DNA of 64,000 nt, from contig JAGGUB010000044.1 in assembly GCA_021158725.1 (NCBI GenBank), forward strand, positions 71,533-135,532, in the 5' to 3' direction. The notes below the pieces were generated by a model. That model did not search any database. It was given only the letters and a program-made list of their open reading frames with translations, and was not told the DNA's origin. Below are positions 61,529 to 64,000 of this stretch, in pieces (positions within the stretch are counted from its first letter, which is position 1; each line of letters opens with the position of its first letter). This stretch comes from a candidate division WOR-3 bacterium. Its GTDB lineage: Bacteria; Hydrothermota; UBA3073; NMUJ01. A program made the position numbers and the translations under genes.

Positions 61529-62778
61529 TGTTAGAGCTACTTAAAAAGACGGATCCGGAGATATACAATGCAGTAAAAGGTGAACTCGAACGTCAACGTA
61601 ATAACCTGGAGCTTATAGCATCGGAGAACTTTCCGTCACTGGCGGTACTTGTTACGATGGCGAGTGTGATGAATAACAAATATGCGGAGGGTTACCCTGG
61701 TAAACGCTATTATGGGGGGTGTGAGTGGATGGATGTGGTGGAAAGCTTGGCAATAGAGCGGGCGAAGAAGTTGTTTGGTGCAGAACATGTGAACGTACAA
61801 CCGCTGTCGGGGGTGCCGGCAAATCTGGCTGCATACATGGCGGTGGCTAAACCTGGTGACACTATAATGGGGTTGACGTTGTCACATGGTGGGCACCTAT
61901 CGCATGGACATAAGGTGAGCTTCTCGGGGATACTATTTAATGCAGTACAGTATACTGTGAATCGTGAGACTGAGCTTATAGATTATGAACAGCTACGTAA
62001 GGTGGCACATGAGGTTAGACCCAAGATAATTGTGTCGGGGGCGAGTGCATATCCGCGGGTTATAGATTTTAAGAAGTTTCGTGAGATAGCGGATGAGGTG
62101 GGTGCATACCATGTTGCGGATATTGCACATATAGCAGGGTTGGTGGTGGCAGGGTTGCATCCATCACCTATACCGTATGCTGATATTGTGACTACTACGA
62201 CACATAAGACATTGAGGGGGCCTCGTAGTGCAATAATAATGTGTAAACAGGAGTTGGCACGTGCGGTAGATAAGTGGGTTTTCCCGGGGTTGCAGGGTGG
62301 GCCACACATGCATGTGATAGCGGCGAAGGCGGTATGCTTTAAAGAGGCGATGCAGGATGAGTTTAAGGAGTATCAGAAACAGATTGTTAAAAATGCGAAA
62401 GCTATGGAGGAGACATTTAAAGAGCTGGGGTATAGGTTGGTGAGCGGTGGTACGGATACGCATCTGTTGTTGGTGGATCTGAGGAGTAAAGGTATTACAG
62501 GTAAGGAGGCGGAGGAGGCACTCGATAAAGCTGGTATAACGGTTAATAAAAATACCATACCGTATGATCCACAGAAGCCGTTTATTGCATCGGGAATAAG
62601 GATAGGTACGCCGGCGATCACTACAAGGGGGATGAAGGAAGCCGAAGCTCGTAGGATAGTGGAGCTCATCGATAGGGTATTGTCTAATGTGGGAAGAGAA
62701 CAGATTTATAAAGAAGTGCGACAGGAAGTTAATAAGATGTTGAAGGAGTTCCCGTTATATCCAGAGCTTAGACTATGA
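61516..62778 (+). CDS. glyA: Serine hydroxymethyltransferase
   Basis: LIASENF and the PLP-Lys loop ([12 protein letters not shown]) are present. Confidence 0.95.
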   Translation: MEKVMLELLKKTDPEIYNAVKGELERQRNNLELIASENFPSLAVLVTMASVMNNKYAEGYPGKRYYGGCEWMDVVESLAIERAKKLFGAEHVNVQPLSGVPANLAAYMAVAKPGDTIMGLTLSHGGHLSHGHKVSFSGILFNAVQYTVNRETELIDYEQLRKVAHEVRPKIIVSGASAYPRVIDFKKFREIADEVGAYHVADIAHIAGLVVAGLHPSPIPYADIVTTTTHKTLRGPRSAIIMCKQELARAVDKWVFPGLQGGPHMHVIAAKAVCFKEAMQDEFKEYQKQIVKNAKAMEETFKELGYRLVSGGTDTHLLLVDLRSKGITGKEAEEALDKAGITVNKNTIPYDPQKPFIASGIRIGTPAITTRGMKEAEARRIVELIDRVLSNVGREQIYKEVRQEVNKMLKEFPLYPELRL

Positions 62779-63242
62779 AAGGAGTTAGGAGACCACCGTG
62801 GGATGCATACTTTATGCAGATAGCGGAGTTGGTGGCAACGAGGTCTACGTGTTTGCGACGTGCGGTGGGTGCAGTGATCGTCAAAAATAAGCGTATACTT
62901 ACGACGGGGTATAATGGGCCACCGGAGAAGTTGCCACACTGTGATGAGATTGGTGGATGCATACGGGAGAAATTACATGTACCGCCGGGTGAACGGCAGG
63001 AGCTATCACGTGCAGTACATGCAGAACAGAATGCCATTATACAAGCGGCGAAATTGGGTATATCTATAGATGGGGCTACACTTTATACGACACATTTTCC
63101 ATGTTTTATATGTGCGAAGATGTTGATAAATGCGGGGATCAAACGAATAGTATATAAGGAGGGGTATCCGGATGAGTGGGCAAGACAGATATTGGAAGAA
63201 GCAAAAATAGAGGTGGTGAAGTTTGGTGAGGAGGTAACATGA
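62775..63242 (+). CDS. dCMP deaminase / ComEB-family cytidine-deoxycytidylate deaminase
   Basis: HAEQNAI and PCFICAKML zinc motifs are present. ATGA overlap with glyA. Confidence 0.85.
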   Translation: MKGVRRPPWDAYFMQIAELVATRSTCLRRAVGAVIVKNKRILTTGYNGPPEKLPHCDEIGGCIREKLHVPPGERQELSRAVHAEQNAIIQAAKLGISIDGATLYTTHFPCFICAKMLINAGIKRIVYKEGYPDEWARQILEEAKIEVVKFGEEVT

Positions 63243-63892
63243 GAGTACTCAATATTCTGCTGAATATCGCAATAATAATTGGGTTGGTGGTGTTGGGGTA
63301 TCTGGTGATATACCCTCAATATGCAGAACGGATAGAGCGTAGCAAAAAATACGATGTGTGGGTGAATATGCATATACTGCAGGGGGCGGTTGAGAAGTAT
63401 GCAGCGTATCATGAGGGGATTTACCCCACAACGTTGGATACCATTATTAAGTATATGGAAGAGGAGCCGATCAACCCGTACACTGGTAAGAGTCTAATCG
63501 ATAGAATAGTTCGATATCCAGGTGATACGCTGGGGGTGGGTGAATATTACGTAGTACATGATACAGTGGTGGAGGGGGATTCGTTCGTTGTGGTTGAAGA
63601 TACGTTGGGGCCGGGTGATGTGGTGCCAGCAGGTGATACGGTTGTGTTTTATGGGATTAGAGTGTTTGAATACGAAAGTTATGACGAGCCTAAGGGGAAG
63701 ACGGGGGATAGCAAAAATGCGACACTGCGTGGGCCTATGGGGACACTTGCATATGGGTATTATGATCCATCGAAGAAGGGGTTACCGATCAGTTATGGGA
63801 TATTGGGGTTCGATCGAAAAGGTATGCCGTTGCATGAGGTGAAGCCAAATGGTGAAATAGAACTGTACGTGTTATATCCGGAAGAAGAATAA
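63239..63892 (+). CDS. Pilin-like N-terminal-helix membrane protein (no prepilin cleavage motif)
   Basis: The N-terminus [26 protein letters not shown] mimics the type IV pilin alpha1 helix (AIIGILAAIAIPQYQNYxxRAK), but it lacks G|FTLIE and Glu5. Confidence 0.4.
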   Translation: MRVLNILLNIAIIIGLVVLGYLVIYPQYAERIERSKKYDVWVNMHILQGAVEKYAAYHEGIYPTTLDTIIKYMEEEPINPYTGKSLIDRIVRYPGDTLGVGEYYVVHDTVVEGDSFVVVEDTLGPGDVVPAGDTVVFYGIRVFEYESYDEPKGKTGDSKNATLRGPMGTLAYGYYDPSKKGLPISYGILGFDRKGMPLHEVKPNGEIELYVLYPEEE

Positions 63893-63928
63893 TATGTGAG
63901 GATAGAATATAGTTTCACAGGAGGAAAT

Positions 63929-64000
63929 ATGAGTATAGGGTGGACCGAAATATTGTTGATACTGTTTATCATACTGATACTGTTTGGGGCAAAGAGGTTA
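63929..64000 (+). CDS. tatA: Twin-arginine translocase TatA/E (5' fragment, runs off window)
   Basis: RBS AGGAGGA precedes the start. MSIGWTEILLILFIILILFGAKRL matches the TatA TM helix + FGxKKL hinge. Confidence 0.6.
   Translation, partial: MSIGWTEILLILFIILILFGAKRL

Overview
The window is a gene-dense (roughly 90% coding), mostly housekeeping stretch of a bacterial chromosome that spans the probable replication-origin region. Lipopolysaccharide transport (LptF/LptG) and TolC genes indicate a diderm bacterium. The origin region reads gpsA | dnaA-dnaN, with clustered DnaA-box-like 9-mers (TGTGGAAAA, TTTTACACA) and AT-rich tracts. Confidently recognisable genes include recA; the rpmG - tRNA-Trp - secE - nusG - rplK - rplA - rplJ cluster; pgk, ispG, ispH-rpsA, ligA, glmS-glmM, glyA, rpiB, dCMP deaminase, H+-pyrophosphatase, mgtE, gpsA, nadK, smpB, murI, pth, rplY, lepB, tsaB and mazG; a DinG-family helicase; a MacA-MacB-TolC efflux operon followed by a tricorn-protease homologue; and an ECF sigma / anti-sigma / secreted-protein cassette. 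RNA genes are tRNA-Trp(CCA), tRNA-Leu(CAG), tRNA-Pro(CGG) and a solitary 5S rRNA not linked to 16S/23S. Genes are tightly packed, with many ATGA/TGATG start-stop overlaps. I found no CRISPR array, transposase, integrase, prophage or recognisable defence island. The points worth a second look are: the origin architecture; the orphan 5S rRNA; an rplJ gene not followed by rplL; a tRNA-Pro overlapping the 3' end of hppA; a cutA-like pseudogene remnant carrying an ECF-type promoter; a polytopic membrane protein with an atypical spermidine-synthase-like domain; and a 565-aa uncharacterised protein translationally coupled to ligA. Function calls rest on motif-level reading of the supplied translations, not on database searches.
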